This document shows positions 8,595-18,271 of a DNA stretch of 64,000 nucleotides, piece after piece; position 1 is the stretch's first letter, and the number at the start of each line of letters is the position of its first letter. Source of the DNA: Gemmatimonadota bacterium (GTDB taxonomy: Bacteria; Gemmatimonadota; Gemmatimonadetes; Gemmatimonadales; GWC2-71-9). The position numbers were made by a program, and so were the translations under genes. Where the stretch lies: the NCBI GenBank assembly GCA_031375485.1, contig JANMHX010000316.1, forward strand, positions 8,186 to 72,185, given 5' to 3'. The notes below the pieces were generated by a model. It was not told the DNA's origin. It worked only from the letters and a program-made list of their open reading frames with translations, and did not search any database.

Positions 8595-10010
8595 CTAACG
8601 TTCGATCCGGCCGCCCATCCCGACCCAGGCGCTGAAGCCGCCCACCAGATTCGTGACCCGCTCGTATCCCCGAGACCGAAGCACACTCGCCGCGATCGCC
8701 GACCGGCCGCCGGTCTGGCAGTGGAGGAGGATCTCGGCGTCCTTCGGGATCTCATCCAATCGCTCCAGGAGTTCCGGCAGGGGAATCAGGGTCGCGTGTC
8801 CCATGTGCCCGGCCGCCCATTCCGATCGATTCCGGACATCGATGACCAACCGGGTGACCGGCGGACCGTCCGCCAGCTGCTCCACGGTCATCTCGGCCGC
8901 GGTGCCGAGGGTGTTGCCGCGGCCCTTCCAGGCGTCGACCACCGTGGCCTCGATGATGCCGCCGATTCGGTCGAAGCCGATTGCCCGGAGATTGCGGGCC
9001 ACCGCCTCGCCCACCGTGGCATCGACGAGCACGACGCAGATCTCTTGGTCGAAGGGCAGCACCGATCCCGCATAGGTCGTGAAGTTCTTCGTCAACGGAA
9101 TATTGATGGTACCCGGGACATGCCCGGCGGCAAATTCCGCGCTCGGCCGAGTATCGACCACCATCGCCCCGGCGGTCAGATGCCGTTTGAACGCCGCCGA
9201 GTTGAGCGAGGGCACCGGCGGGAGCGGCCCGAGCACGGCGGCCCCGGCCCGATTGACCTGCTTCATCCGTCCGAAGTACCGGGGTGGTTCCGGCTGTCCG
9301 GCCAGCACCTGCCGGACGAACTCATCCTCCGACTCGACGCCGAAGGCCCAGTTGAACCGGCGTTCGTATCCGACCGTGGACTGGGGGATCGCGCCGAGTC
9401 CCTTGCCGCATGCCGATCCGGCCCCATGACCGGGCCAGACCTGGACGTAGTCCGGGAGGGTCTTGAACCAGGCCAGACTCCGATAGAGATCGCGGGCTCC
9501 GGCCTCCGCGGTGTTGGCGATCTTCGCCGCCTTCTCGAGCAAGTCGGGCCGGCCGACGTCGCCGACGAACACGAAATCGCCGGTGATGACGCCGATCGGC
9601 TCCTCGGCCACCGCGCCGTCGGTCACCAGGAACGACAGATGCTCGGGGGTATGCCCCGGCGTGTGCACGGCGGTAATCGTGATGTTGCCGATCTTGATGA
9701 CGCTCCGGTCGCCAAGCACCGTCACGTTCGAGGCCTCCCGAAACTCGTACTGCCATTCGGCGGGGCCGCAACCGCTGATGTACGTGCGAGCGTTGGTGGC
9801 CACCGCCAATTCTCGAATGCCGGAAACGAAATCGGCGTGGATATGGGTTTCCGTCAGCGCGACGATCATGAACCCTTCCGCCGCCGCGACCTCGAGGTAC
9901 GGCTGAATGCTTCGCGCGGGATCGATCACGATTGCGGTCCCGTTGGCCTGGCAACCGATCAAATAGCTGGCCTGGGCGAGCTGCTCATCATAGAAACGAC
10001 GAAAGTACAT
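8595..10010 (-). CDS. cstB: Persulfide dioxygenase-rhodanese fusion (MBL fold plus two rhodanese domains), CstB-like
   Basis: MYFRRFYDEQLAQASYLIGC start, ETHIHADF, PGHTPEH, TGDFVFVGDVGRPDL, HGAGSACGK, C-terminal HCQTGGRS; middle rhodanese lacks Cys. Confidence 0.8.
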   Translation of the reverse strand: MYFRRFYDEQLAQASYLIGCQANGTAIVIDPARSIQPYLEVAAAEGFMIVALTETHIHADFVSGIRELAVATNARTYISGCGPAEWQYEFREASNVTVLGDRSVIKIGNITITAVHTPGHTPEHLSFLVTDGAVAEEPIGVITGDFVFVGDVGRPDLLEKAAKIANTAEAGARDLYRSLAWFKTLPDYVQVWPGHGAGSACGKGLGAIPQSTVGYERRFNWAFGVESEDEFVRQVLAGQPEPPRYFGRMKQVNRAGAAVLGPLPPVPSLNSAAFKRHLTAGAMVVDTRPSAEFAAGHVPGTINIPLTKNFTTYAGSVLPFDQEICVVLVDATVGEAVARNLRAIGFDRIGGIIEATVVDAWKGRGNTLGTAAEMTVEQLADGPPVTRLVIDVRNRSEWAAGHMGHATLIPLPELLERLDEIPKDAEILLHCQTGGRSAIAASVLRSRGYERVTNLVGGFSAWVGMGGRIER

Positions 10011-10025
10011 GACTCTCCTGATCCC

Positions 10026-10784
10026 TCACCTGGGTTTGAACAGCACCAGCAATCCCATGAGTACCAACAACACCGCAAACCCCCGGCGAAGCGCGGCCTG
10101 CGGGACGATCCCGGTCAGCCGGCTTCCGATCGCCACCCCGACGATCGCGAGCCCCGTGAACAACCCGGTGGCCGGCCAGTCGAGATGGACGGTCCCGAGG
10201 TAGCTGACGAACCCGGCCACACAGCTCGTGATGATCAGGATCAGACTGGTCCCGACCGCGTCCTTCATGGCCAACCCGCCCAACAGGACCAAGGCCGGCA
10301 CATACAGGAATCCGCCGCCGACCCCGACCAGGCCCGTCAACATCCCCACCCCTAAACCTAACGCCGCGATCATCGGAAAAGGACGCCGGATCTGAGTTTC
10401 GCCCCCGGCGCCCGGTTTTTGCCAGATCCCCGGGCCCAGGAACATCGAGACCGCGGCCGCCAGCATCAAGCAGGCGAAGATCACCAACTGGACCCGGCTC
10501 GACACCGCATGGGCCAGCCGGGCCCCGGCAAACGCCCCGAGGATCGCTGTCGGGCCGAAACTCAGGGCCGCCTCCCACCGGACGTTGCCCCGCCGATGAT
10601 GGCTGGCCGCGCCAAACACACTCGTCATCCCGACCACGATCAGGCTCATCGGCACCGCCTGTTTCATCGGGACTCCCAAGGCGTAGACCAGCACCGGAAT
10701 GGTCATGATCGAGCCCCCCCCGCCGAGCAACCCGAGCAACACGCCGATGACGACGGCCAACCCGAACCCCACCAGGACCATCAC
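10026..10784 (-). CDS. TauE/SafE family sulfite exporter
   Basis: Two internal repeats GLLGGGGSIMTIP / GLVGVGGGFLYVP, AVGTSL; about 8 TM. Confidence 0.9.
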   Translation of the reverse strand: MMVLVGFGLAVVIGVLLGLLGGGGSIMTIPVLVYALGVPMKQAVPMSLIVVGMTSVFGAASHHRRGNVRWEAALSFGPTAILGAFAGARLAHAVSSRVQLVIFACLMLAAAVSMFLGPGIWQKPGAGGETQIRRPFPMIAALGLGVGMLTGLVGVGGGFLYVPALVLLGGLAMKDAVGTSLILIITSCVAGFVSYLGTVHLDWPATGLFTGLAIVGVAIGSRLTGIVPQAALRRGFAVLLVLMGLLVLFKPR

Positions 10785-13072
10785 GATGCCGCCCCGACTC
10801 GAAACCGCTCGACCATCTGGACCAAGACCCGGATATCGAAGGGTTTCTGCAGGTGGGGGGTCTTCAGGCGGGCCAGAAACTCCGCCACCGTCGGCGACGC
10901 CGTATCGCCCGTGATGACGACGGTTCGATCGGCCAAATCAGGATGGGTGGCCCGCAAGCGATCGACGAGTTCGATGCCCGAAAGCCCCGGCATCCGAAGG
11001 TCGGTGATCACGGCCTGATAGGGCCCGGGCCGGCCACCGACGTCCAACCGAAGCCAACCTTCCTGGCCGTCCGCAGCCTCGTCCACCTGCCAGCCGTGGC
11101 GCTCGAGGCTCCGGCGTACCGCCGCCCGAATCGCGGCTTCGTCGTCGACGACCAACGCCCGGCCCGCCGGAGCGGGAGACCCGTCGTGGCCAAGGCGGGG
11201 ACCCGCGCCGTCCCCCGCCATCGGCGGGTCGATCCGGCGCTCGACGAACGGAAGGGCCACCGTGAATCGAGCGCCGCGGCCCGGCAGATTCTCGGCCGAG
11301 ATGTCGCCGCCATGCTGGTGGACGATCGCATGCGACACCGACAGCCCGAGGCCGGTGCCTTCGCCCAATCCCTTGGTCGTGAAGAATGGCTCGAACAGGC
11401 GCGGCAACGCCTCGGGAGAAATGCCGGCGCCGTCGTCGTCGATCTGGAACACCAAACGGTTATCCCGGACCATGATATCCAGGGTCACCACACCCGCCGG
11501 CGCCACCGCCTGGAATGCGTTGGTCAGCAAGTTGGTCAAGACCTGTTCGATGCCCGGCCCATCGGCTTCGAGCGCGGGGAGATCGGGTGCCAGCGTCACC
11601 GAGAACGACACATTGTGGTGGGCCGAGTCGCGGTCGAACACCCGGACGACCCGACCCACCAACTCCGCCGCGGTCGTCCGGCGCCGTTCTTCCCGGCGGG
11701 TCCGCGCAAAAATCAGCAAATCACCGACGATGATCCGGCACCGTTCGGCCTGCTGGACGATGACCGACAGGGCTTCGCGATCCTCCTCGTTCCGGGCCGA
11801 GCCGAGGAGGTCTTGCCCGAAACCCATGATGGCCGTGAGCGGATTGTTGAGCTCGTGGGCAACCCCGGATACCATCCGGCCCACGGCTTCGAGCCGCGCC
11901 GCCTGGGCGAGTTGAGCCTGCAGTTGAGCCTGCTCGCCGTGCGACCGAATCTGATCGGTCAGGTCCCGAAGGACCAGCACGAACCCGCGGGCCGAGCTAT
12001 CCCCGAACGACGACACCGACAGTTCGAGCGGGAACTCGTCACCGTTGGCCCGGAGGCCGATCACGTCACGGCGCAGGGCAACCGGCGGATTCGCCTCCGA
12101 CCGCCGCGTAGTGGCGGCCAGGGCGGCCCACAACGGGTCGCGCTGATCCGGACGAAGGAACCGGTCGAACAGTTCGCCCCGGCAATCCTCGACCAGACCC
12201 AACATCGTCTCGGCCGCTCGGTTGACCAGTCCGATCCGCCGGTCGCCTCCCAGGGTCACGATCCCCTCGTGCGCCGCCCGGAGCACTTCCGCCAACCGGG
12301 CCTCGGCGGTCGTGGCCGCCACGATCCGGACCTGCTGGGCCCGCGCGGCCTCGCGATGGTCGTCCTCGACCAGGGTGAGCGCCATGCCCACCCCCAGGAC
12401 GACCACTTGTCCCGCATCGAGATACGAGTTGTAGGCGGCCATCCATTTGAGCAACTCCTGCCAGGCGGTCGTCGCCGGTTGCCCGGCTCCCGCAAAGGCC
12501 AGGGTATACAAGCTCCACTGCGCCGCCAAGATGACCAACGCGATCCGGAGGATCTGAATCCCGAGCCGCCGGGTCGACGGTTGGGGACGGACCCACCAGG
12601 CCGAGACCGCGAACAACGGCGCCGCGACGGCGGCTTGAAGCACCACCAAGGCATTGAGATCGATCGTCACCAGCACCGGAATGGTACCGAGCAGAGCCGC
12701 CACTCCGGCCACCACCAACCGGGACCGCCGGATCTCGAAGCCCCGGCCGACATAGGCCAGAACGCCCAGCAAGAGAAAGCCAAGGAACAAGAACTTGGCT
12801 GATTGGTAGATCGCATAGAAGGGAGCCAACAGCACCCCGGTGAGCGGCTTCACCGCCGCTGGAGCCACCACGGGAATGAGGTTGTACCGGACGGCCATCG
12901 TGGCCAACGCAAAGGACAACGCGACCCACGCCCATGACCAATGAATGAAATAGGGCCGGGGCGTGGTCTCCCGGCGGAGCCCGAGGACCAAGGTGGTGAA
13001 CAGCAGACACGCCGCCAGTTCGACCAGAATGCCGATGAGCGAAATCGTCTGTGCCGCGGTGGGTTCAGGCAT
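10781..13072 (-). CDS. Hybrid sensor histidine kinase (multi-TM N-terminus, PAS, HisKA, HATPase, REC)
   Basis: VAHELNNPL H-box, NLLTNA, DDGAGI, FFTTKGLGEGTGLGL, REC VVDDE...TDLRMPG; PAS LVNRAAETMLG; start MPEPTAAQ. Confidence 0.9.
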   Translation of the reverse strand: MPEPTAAQTISLIGILVELAACLLFTTLVLGLRRETTPRPYFIHWSWAWVALSFALATMAVRYNLIPVVAPAAVKPLTGVLLAPFYAIYQSAKFLFLGFLLLGVLAYVGRGFEIRRSRLVVAGVAALLGTIPVLVTIDLNALVVLQAAVAAPLFAVSAWWVRPQPSTRRLGIQILRIALVILAAQWSLYTLAFAGAGQPATTAWQELLKWMAAYNSYLDAGQVVVLGVGMALTLVEDDHREAARAQQVRIVAATTAEARLAEVLRAAHEGIVTLGGDRRIGLVNRAAETMLGLVEDCRGELFDRFLRPDQRDPLWAALAATTRRSEANPPVALRRDVIGLRANGDEFPLELSVSSFGDSSARGFVLVLRDLTDQIRSHGEQAQLQAQLAQAARLEAVGRMVSGVAHELNNPLTAIMGFGQDLLGSARNEEDREALSVIVQQAERCRIIVGDLLIFARTRREERRRTTAAELVGRVVRVFDRDSAHHNVSFSVTLAPDLPALEADGPGIEQVLTNLLTNAFQAVAPAGVVTLDIMVRDNRLVFQIDDDGAGISPEALPRLFEPFFTTKGLGEGTGLGLSVSHAIVHQHGGDISAENLPGRGARFTVALPFVERRIDPPMAGDGAGPRLGHDGSPAPAGRALVVDDEAAIRAAVRRSLERHGWQVDEAADGQEGWLRLDVGGRPGPYQAVITDLRMPGLSGIELVDRLRATHPDLADRTVVITGDTASPTVAEFLARLKTPHLQKPFDIRVLVQMVERFRVGAAS

Positions 13073-13159
13073 GAGCCTGAAATGTGCCCTGGCCGGCCCC
13101 ACTTCGGGAGCGCCGACGTCCGGTTAGAATCCACGTCCGCCCCCACCGGAGGACGAATC

Positions 13160-13630
13160 ATGGCGTCTCGGCAGGAACAACTGGCCAGCCTTTGGAACCG
13201 CTGTCTCGGTCTCCCGGGGGGCCGATGGATTTTTTCACGCCTGTTCGGTTGGTTCGTTCCCTATAGCGGGTCGATCGGCGCCACGGTCCAAGCGCTCGAG
13301 CCCGGCCACTGCCGCGTCACGATCAACGACCGGCGCGCCCTCCGGAACCACCTGCGGTCGGTCCATGCGGTGGCGTTGGTCAACGCCGGCGAGATGACCA
13401 GCGGACTTGCCATGACCTTGGCCCTTCCACCCGACATCCGGGGCATCGTCACCAGCATTGCCGCAGACTATCTCAAGAAGGCCCGCGGCCGCCTCGTCGC
13501 GACCGCCCGCGTGACGGTGCCCCAGGTCGGCAGCGTGCCGGTCGACCACCGGGTGGAGACGACCATTGCCGACCAGAGCGGAGAGATCGTCTGCCGGGTC
13601 ACCACCGTGTGGCGCTTGGCCCGCGGCTAG
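13160..13630 (+). CDS. Hotdog-fold thioesterase (PaaI/DUF4442-like)
   Basis: VPYSGSIG, NHLRSVHAVALVNAGEMTSG, ADYLKKARG; GGAGG SD before ATG 13160. Confidence 0.85.
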   Translation: MASRQEQLASLWNRCLGLPGGRWIFSRLFGWFVPYSGSIGATVQALEPGHCRVTINDRRALRNHLRSVHAVALVNAGEMTSGLAMTLALPPDIRGIVTSIAADYLKKARGRLVATARVTVPQVGSVPVDHRVETTIADQSGEIVCRVTTVWRLARG

Positions 13631-13717
13631 AAACCCGCAAACCGGCCGCTGTCGACCAACTCTATGAAATCGTCGTCTTGGCTGGAGGGGTCCGGGCAAA
13701 TCCACTACTTTGGAAGC

Positions 13718-13888
13718 ATGTCAAAACCTCCCAAGAAATCGGCGGATGATCCGAACGTGGCGGCGTTTCGGGCGATTCTCGAAAAAAAGAAAGCGGCTCG
13801 GGCCGCGGCCTTGCCCACCAGCGCCGCCAGCATCGCCGCCAAGGCTCAGAAGCCCCGGGCCAAGCAGCAGCTCCGCCGCCGGCCGTAG
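13718..13888 (+). CDS. Small basic protein, 56 aa (possibly DUF5302-like)
   Basis: MSKPPKK...FRAILEKKK...QQLRRRP; TACTTT hexamer 6 nt before ATG. Confidence 0.55.
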   Translation: MSKPPKKSADDPNVAAFRAILEKKKAARAAALPTSAASIAAKAQKPRAKQQLRRRP

Positions 13889-14069
13889 CCCCAGCGGATC
13901 GGTAGCTCGACCCCGAGCCGGGCCGTGAGCGCGCCCCCCTGGTCGCCGCGGGCCAACGCCATCAGGGCCGCGCTGGTTGGTGAGGCGGCCGGATCGACGG
14001 GCACCTAGCAGGAATGGCCTGGGACGAGCGGTCGGGTTTTGGTGGTCAACGGCGCTAAATTGCCGTTCC

Positions 14070-15065
14070 ATGCGCCTCGATACCTCGCTCACGACCCACG
14101 CCCGGATCGCCGTCCCGATTATCGGCGGGGCCATGTACCCCTGCAGCAACCCCGAACTGGTCGCGGCCGTCTCGGAAGCCGGCGGGATCGGCATCGTTCA
14201 GCCGATCGCGCTCACCTACGTCCATGGCCACGAGTTTCGGGCCGGCCTCCACGTCATCAAGCGACTCACCTCGAAACCGATCGGGATGAACGCCCTCATC
14301 GAAGCCAGCTCCAAGACCTATCAGGATCGGATGATGCGATGGGTCGACATCGCCCTCGAAGAAGGCGTTCGGTTTTTCGTGACCTCACTCGGCAATCCCC
14401 GTTGGGTCGTCGAGACCGTCACCCGCCAAGGCGGCATCGTCTACCATGACGTGACCGAGCGAAAATGGGCCGAGAAGGCCCGGGATGGTGGTGTCCACGG
14501 CCTGATCGCCGTCAACGCCCGGGCCGGCGGCCACTCGGGCAGCCGGAATCCCGAGCAACTCCTCGCGGAGCTCGGCGACCTCGGCCTGCCGGTGGTCTGC
14601 GCCGGCGGGATCGGGAACGAAGCCGAATTCGTGGCGGCGCTCGCCCTCGGCTACGCCGGCGTCCAACTCGGCACCCGCTTCATCGCGACCCCGGAGTGTA
14701 CCGCGAGCGAGGCCTACAAGCGGGCCATCGTGGCGGCGACCGAAGCCGACATCACCCACACCGAACGGTTGAGCGGGGTCCCGGTCGCGGTGATCAAGAC
14801 ACCGTATATCGCCCGGATCGGCACCAAGGTCGGTCCCCTGGCCCGCTGGCTCTTCCAAGGCCGTCGCACCAAGAAGTGGATCCGGGCCTGGTTCGGACTG
14901 CGGGCCATTCGGGATCTCAAGCGCACCTCCCTCCGGGGCCAGGGGCGGGCCGACGATGCCGCCACCGCCATCTGGCAAGCCGGCATGAGCGCCGCCACGA
15001 TTCATCAGATCGAGCCGGTGGCCGTCATCATGGCCCGATTCGAAGCCGCGGCCCGAGCTGCCTAA
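14070..15065 (+). CDS. Nitronate monooxygenase family flavoprotein
   Basis: PIIGGAMY, VSEAGGIG, AGGHSG, VCAGGIG, GVQLGTRFIATPE. Confidence 0.88.
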   Translation: MRLDTSLTTHARIAVPIIGGAMYPCSNPELVAAVSEAGGIGIVQPIALTYVHGHEFRAGLHVIKRLTSKPIGMNALIEASSKTYQDRMMRWVDIALEEGVRFFVTSLGNPRWVVETVTRQGGIVYHDVTERKWAEKARDGGVHGLIAVNARAGGHSGSRNPEQLLAELGDLGLPVVCAGGIGNEAEFVAALALGYAGVQLGTRFIATPECTASEAYKRAIVAATEADITHTERLSGVPVAVIKTPYIARIGTKVGPLARWLFQGRRTKKWIRAWFGLRAIRDLKRTSLRGQGRADDAATAIWQAGMSAATIHQIEPVAVIMARFEAAARAA

Positions 15066-15067
15066 CG

Positions 15068-15859
15068 CTACAAATCTTTCCGTCCGAACCACCGGAACCC
15101 GGCCATCAGCGGCACCGCGGCACACCCGAGCAGCACGCCGAACGCCACGGCGATCCCGAGGCCGGTCCCGAACATTTCGGCAAACAGGGTGCCGGTGTAC
15201 CCCATCAGGATCGCCACGTCGAACGTGAGCAGCAGAACCACCCGGGCCAAGTCGACCGGGTTCAAGAACGTGAGGATCAACACCGGCGTTTCGAGAGGGT
15301 AGTCACGGAACAGCGTGACGACGAGCAGAATGAGCCCGTCGTAGATCACCGTGCAGCCGAGCCAGACCAGCAGGGCCACGCCGAAACCACGGGACCGCTC
15401 GTCGACTAACACCGCCACGCAGAGCGCAAAGGCGGTAAAGACCAGCGTGAGACAGATGCCCACGCCCAGCAACATCACCAAGGGCCGGACGATGGCGGGC
15501 TCTCGCACGGCTTGGAGGGCCAGGGGTCCGCCGACGCCGACCAACAACGTGGCGACCTGTGGAATGGCGAGCCCGCCGAAGAGGCCGAGATAGACGGCGC
15601 CTCGCTTGACCGGCTGGGCCAGCAAGAGTTCGATGAACTCGCGGGCGTTGTAGACGTACAGCGTCCCGAACACGACACTGACCAGGGGCACCAGCAGCAA
15701 AACCAGATTGACCAGACTCAACAACGCCCGGGCGCCGCTGCCGCCGAACCGGAGGAGCAGGATCGTCACCCCGAGCAGCAGGACCGTGTGCCCAGCCATC
15801 CACCGGCTTCGGATCACGTTCCGAAGCTGAGACGACAACACCCGGCGAAACGGCGTCAT
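15068..15859 (-). CDS. nosY: Nos ABC transporter permease
   Basis: NAREFIELLLAQPVKR, NPVDLARV; 6 TM; last gene of the nos run. Confidence 0.88.
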   Translation of the reverse strand: MTPFRRVLSSQLRNVIRSRWMAGHTVLLLGVTILLLRFGGSGARALLSLVNLVLLLVPLVSVVFGTLYVYNAREFIELLLAQPVKRGAVYLGLFGGLAIPQVATLLVGVGGPLALQAVREPAIVRPLVMLLGVGICLTLVFTAFALCVAVLVDERSRGFGVALLVWLGCTVIYDGLILLVVTLFRDYPLETPVLILTFLNPVDLARVVLLLTFDVAILMGYTGTLFAEMFGTGLGIAVAFGVLLGCAAVPLMAGFRWFGRKDL

Positions 15860-16593
15860 CGGCCCCGCTCCATCAGGGTGGCCACCGCTCGTTCGAGACG
15901 AGCGGCACCGGCCTGTTCGAGCAGCGCGGGAATCGGTCCCTGGAACACCACGCGTCCGTCGATCAGAAAAACGATATCCTCCGCCAGCTCTTCGATTTCG
16001 CTCAAGATATGCGAGGTGAGCAGCACCGTGGTGCCCGCGGCCGGCGCGGCGTGGACCTTGGCCTTGAAGATTCCGCTCGCGATCGGATCGAGGCCCGCGG
16101 TCGGTTCGTCGAGAATCACCAACGACGGCCGGAACAGGAACGCCACCGCCGCATTGAGTTTCTGGCGGGTACCACCGGACAGGGTCCGAATCGGCTGATC
16201 GAGCACAGGTTCGAGCTCGAACCGCTCCACCAACTCCAAGTCGACCGGGGTACCGGGCGCCCGAAGACCTCGGACCAACGCCAGCACTTCCCGGGCGTTC
16301 AACTGATCGGGAAACCGGGCCGCCTGGGGCATGTAACCGATCCGCTCCCGATAGCCCACGTCACCATTGATTGGCGCACCGTCGAGCAGCACCCGGCCGT
16401 CACCGGGGCGGATCTTCACCAATCCGATGATCGCCTTGATCAGGGTACTCTTACCGGCCGCATTCGGACCGACCAACGCCGTCACTCGGCCGGTGCCGAC
16501 GGTGAAGTCCACGCCTCGGAGGACCTCAACCCGGCCAAACCGCTTCCGGAGGCCTTCGACCCGCACCTCGGCCGGACCAACATGGGCGGTCAT
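15856..16593 (-). CDS. nosF: Nos ABC transporter ATP-binding protein
   Basis: GPNAAGKST, LSGGTRQK, ILDEPTAGLDP; between nosD and nosY with ATGA overlaps. Confidence 0.88.
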   Translation of the reverse strand: MTAHVGPAEVRVEGLRKRFGRVEVLRGVDFTVGTGRVTALVGPNAAGKSTLIKAIIGLVKIRPGDGRVLLDGAPINGDVGYRERIGYMPQAARFPDQLNAREVLALVRGLRAPGTPVDLELVERFELEPVLDQPIRTLSGGTRQKLNAAVAFLFRPSLVILDEPTAGLDPIASGIFKAKVHAAPAAGTTVLLTSHILSEIEELAEDIVFLIDGRVVFQGPIPALLEQAGAARLERAVATLMERGR

Positions 16594-17792
16594 CGCGGCG
16601 GCTCCATCAGCGGTGTCAGGTCGACCAGAGTTTCGGGCGTGAGGATCGGCAGGACCCGCTCGGCTTGGTCCAAGAGATCGACGAACAGACTGCGGAGCAG
16701 GATGAGGGCGGGATCGTTCTGTTCGACCACCAGGGAGAACAGCCGGACCGGGCGGTGGGGCACGTCGCCCCGCCCGTCGCGATTGCGGTCGAAACCCCGG
16801 TAATGATCCCAATAGTTGCCGGCAAAGGTACTGGAGGCGGTCCGGCTGTTCGTCGCCACGTCAAAGGCATTGCCGAAGAAACCGTTGGCTTCGAACCGGT
16901 TGTCGATCGAGTTGGCAAGTAACCGGACCGCCCAGCCGTTGCCCTCGAAGCGGTTGTCCGAAATCAGCAAGCGACTGGCCCCCTCGAGGTAAAGCCCCGT
17001 GCTGTTACTCCGGAACCGATTGCCGCGGACCTCGCCGTCGGTAATGTCCTTGAGCAAGAGCCCATAGGCCGCCGGCCCCCGATTGTCGAGGAACTCATTC
17101 GCCTCCATGACCACCCGTTTCGTATACATCACCGCCACCCCGGCCCCGTTCGCGATGAACCGGTTTCGCCGATAGGTACAGCCATGGGACGACATGAAAT
17201 GAAGACCATAGCGCCGGTTGTTGCGGCTCTCGTTGTCGGCCAGCAGGCTCTCGGTCACGAACTCGAGGTAGATCCCGTCCCGATGCCCGACGACGGTATT
17301 CCGGAGGATGCTGAGCCGGGTGGAGTTCCAAAACTGGATCGCGTTGCCGCTCGCTTGCTCCGAGTGCCGCGGACCGGTAATCCGGTTGCCGACGATCCGG
17401 CAATCCTCGACCTTGGCGCCATAGATCCCGAAGTAGGTGTCGCGAACCTCGTTGTCCTCGATCCGGCACCCGGTGGCGCCTTCGAGCCGGATCCCGGCCC
17501 GGTCGTCGGTGCTGATCGGATCGACATGCTCGATCAGAAGCCCGGTAATCGTCACCCCGGCGGAGGTCACCAGGAGGATCGTATGGTCGCCGCGCCCCGC
17601 GATGACCGGCCGGCCCTGTCCTACAATCGTCAGCGGCCGGTCGATCCGGATCGGACCCGTTTCCTGGTACCGGCCCGCGGTCACGAGGACCGTATCGCCG
17701 GCCCGCGCGAGCGCCACCCCCAGCGACAACCGGCGGACGGGGCCGGCCGGGGAGACCGTGATCACGCCGATCACCGCCAAGAGCGTGATCAC
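16590..17792 (-). CDS. nosD: Nitrous oxide reductase maturation protein
   Basis: Parallel beta-helix repeats, HRDGIYLEF, RYGLHFM, NGAGVAVMY, GNYWDHY.GFD..DG.GD.PHRP; GTG start overlaps nosL stop (GTGA). Confidence 0.92.
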   Translation of the reverse strand: MITLLAVIGVITVSPAGPVRRLSLGVALARAGDTVLVTAGRYQETGPIRIDRPLTIVGQGRPVIAGRGDHTILLVTSAGVTITGLLIEHVDPISTDDRAGIRLEGATGCRIEDNEVRDTYFGIYGAKVEDCRIVGNRITGPRHSEQASGNAIQFWNSTRLSILRNTVVGHRDGIYLEFVTESLLADNESRNNRRYGLHFMSSHGCTYRRNRFIANGAGVAVMYTKRVVMEANEFLDNRGPAAYGLLLKDITDGEVRGNRFRSNSTGLYLEGASRLLISDNRFEGNGWAVRLLANSIDNRFEANGFFGNAFDVATNSRTASSTFAGNYWDHYRGFDRNRDGRGDVPHRPVRLFSLVVEQNDPALILLRSLFVDLLDQAERVLPILTPETLVDLTPLMEPPR

Positions 17793-18271
17793 CGGGCCCC
17801 GGAATCCCTGGCCCACGCCATCACGTCTTGCCAAGACAGCCGGACACCGCCTAACGCCTGGGCCAGACTGTCGGCCGCCGGGCCGGGGCGAACCGCGATC
17901 ATGCCGTAATTCATCGGGGTCCGCAGGGCATCGGTCCGGAGAAACACCATCCGCTCAACCGCGACGAGCGAGTCCGGTGCGAGGAAGTCGGCGGCCCACA
18001 GCGACGCAATCCGGTTCGAATCGGCCGCGATGACACCCATCGCCAGACAACCGACATCGTCGAAGGGTGTGACTCGGCCGGTCGTCGACACCAGTTCGGC
18101 GGCAAAGCGCCGCTCGACCATGGTCATGTGGCAATGGGCACAGACCTCCGCGCCTTTCACCAGTGGCCGCGGGGCGGGATGACCACACCCCGCCCCGCTG
18201 ATCCCCGCCCCGACGGCCAGGAGGATGGCGCCGAGCCGGCTCAGACCGGCACTCGCCGCGCTCGGCGCCAT
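17789..18271 (-). CDS. nosL: Copper chaperone lipoprotein
   Basis: GAGC lipobox, CAHCHM, FDDVGCL, TPMNYG. Confidence 0.85.
   Translation of the reverse strand: MAPSAASAGLSRLGAILLAVGAGISGAGCGHPAPRPLVKGAEVCAHCHMTMVERRFAAELVSTTGRVTPFDDVGCLAMGVIAADSNRIASLWAADFLAPDSLVAVERMVFLRTDALRTPMNYGMIAVRPGPAADSLAQALGGVRLSWQDVMAWARDSGAR

Noticed and set aside
10853-12802. Long antisense or alternate-frame ORFs (e.g. 10853-12802+, 8721-10355+, 18827-20494+, 35665-37326-, 45102-47129-)
   Set aside because: They are shadows of well-supported genes in high-GC DNA, with no recognisable motifs and Arg/Gly/Pro-rich composition
13122-13134. Identical 13-mer GGTTAGAATCCAC here and at 43321-43333 (minus), both near multi-TM kinase genes
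   Set aside because: Many 13-mer matches are expected by chance in 64 kb; both are explained as TAGAAT -10 elements and they point at different gene types
18012-18030. GGTTCGAATC T-loop-like string suggesting a tRNA
   Set aside because: Lies inside nosL with no cloverleaf
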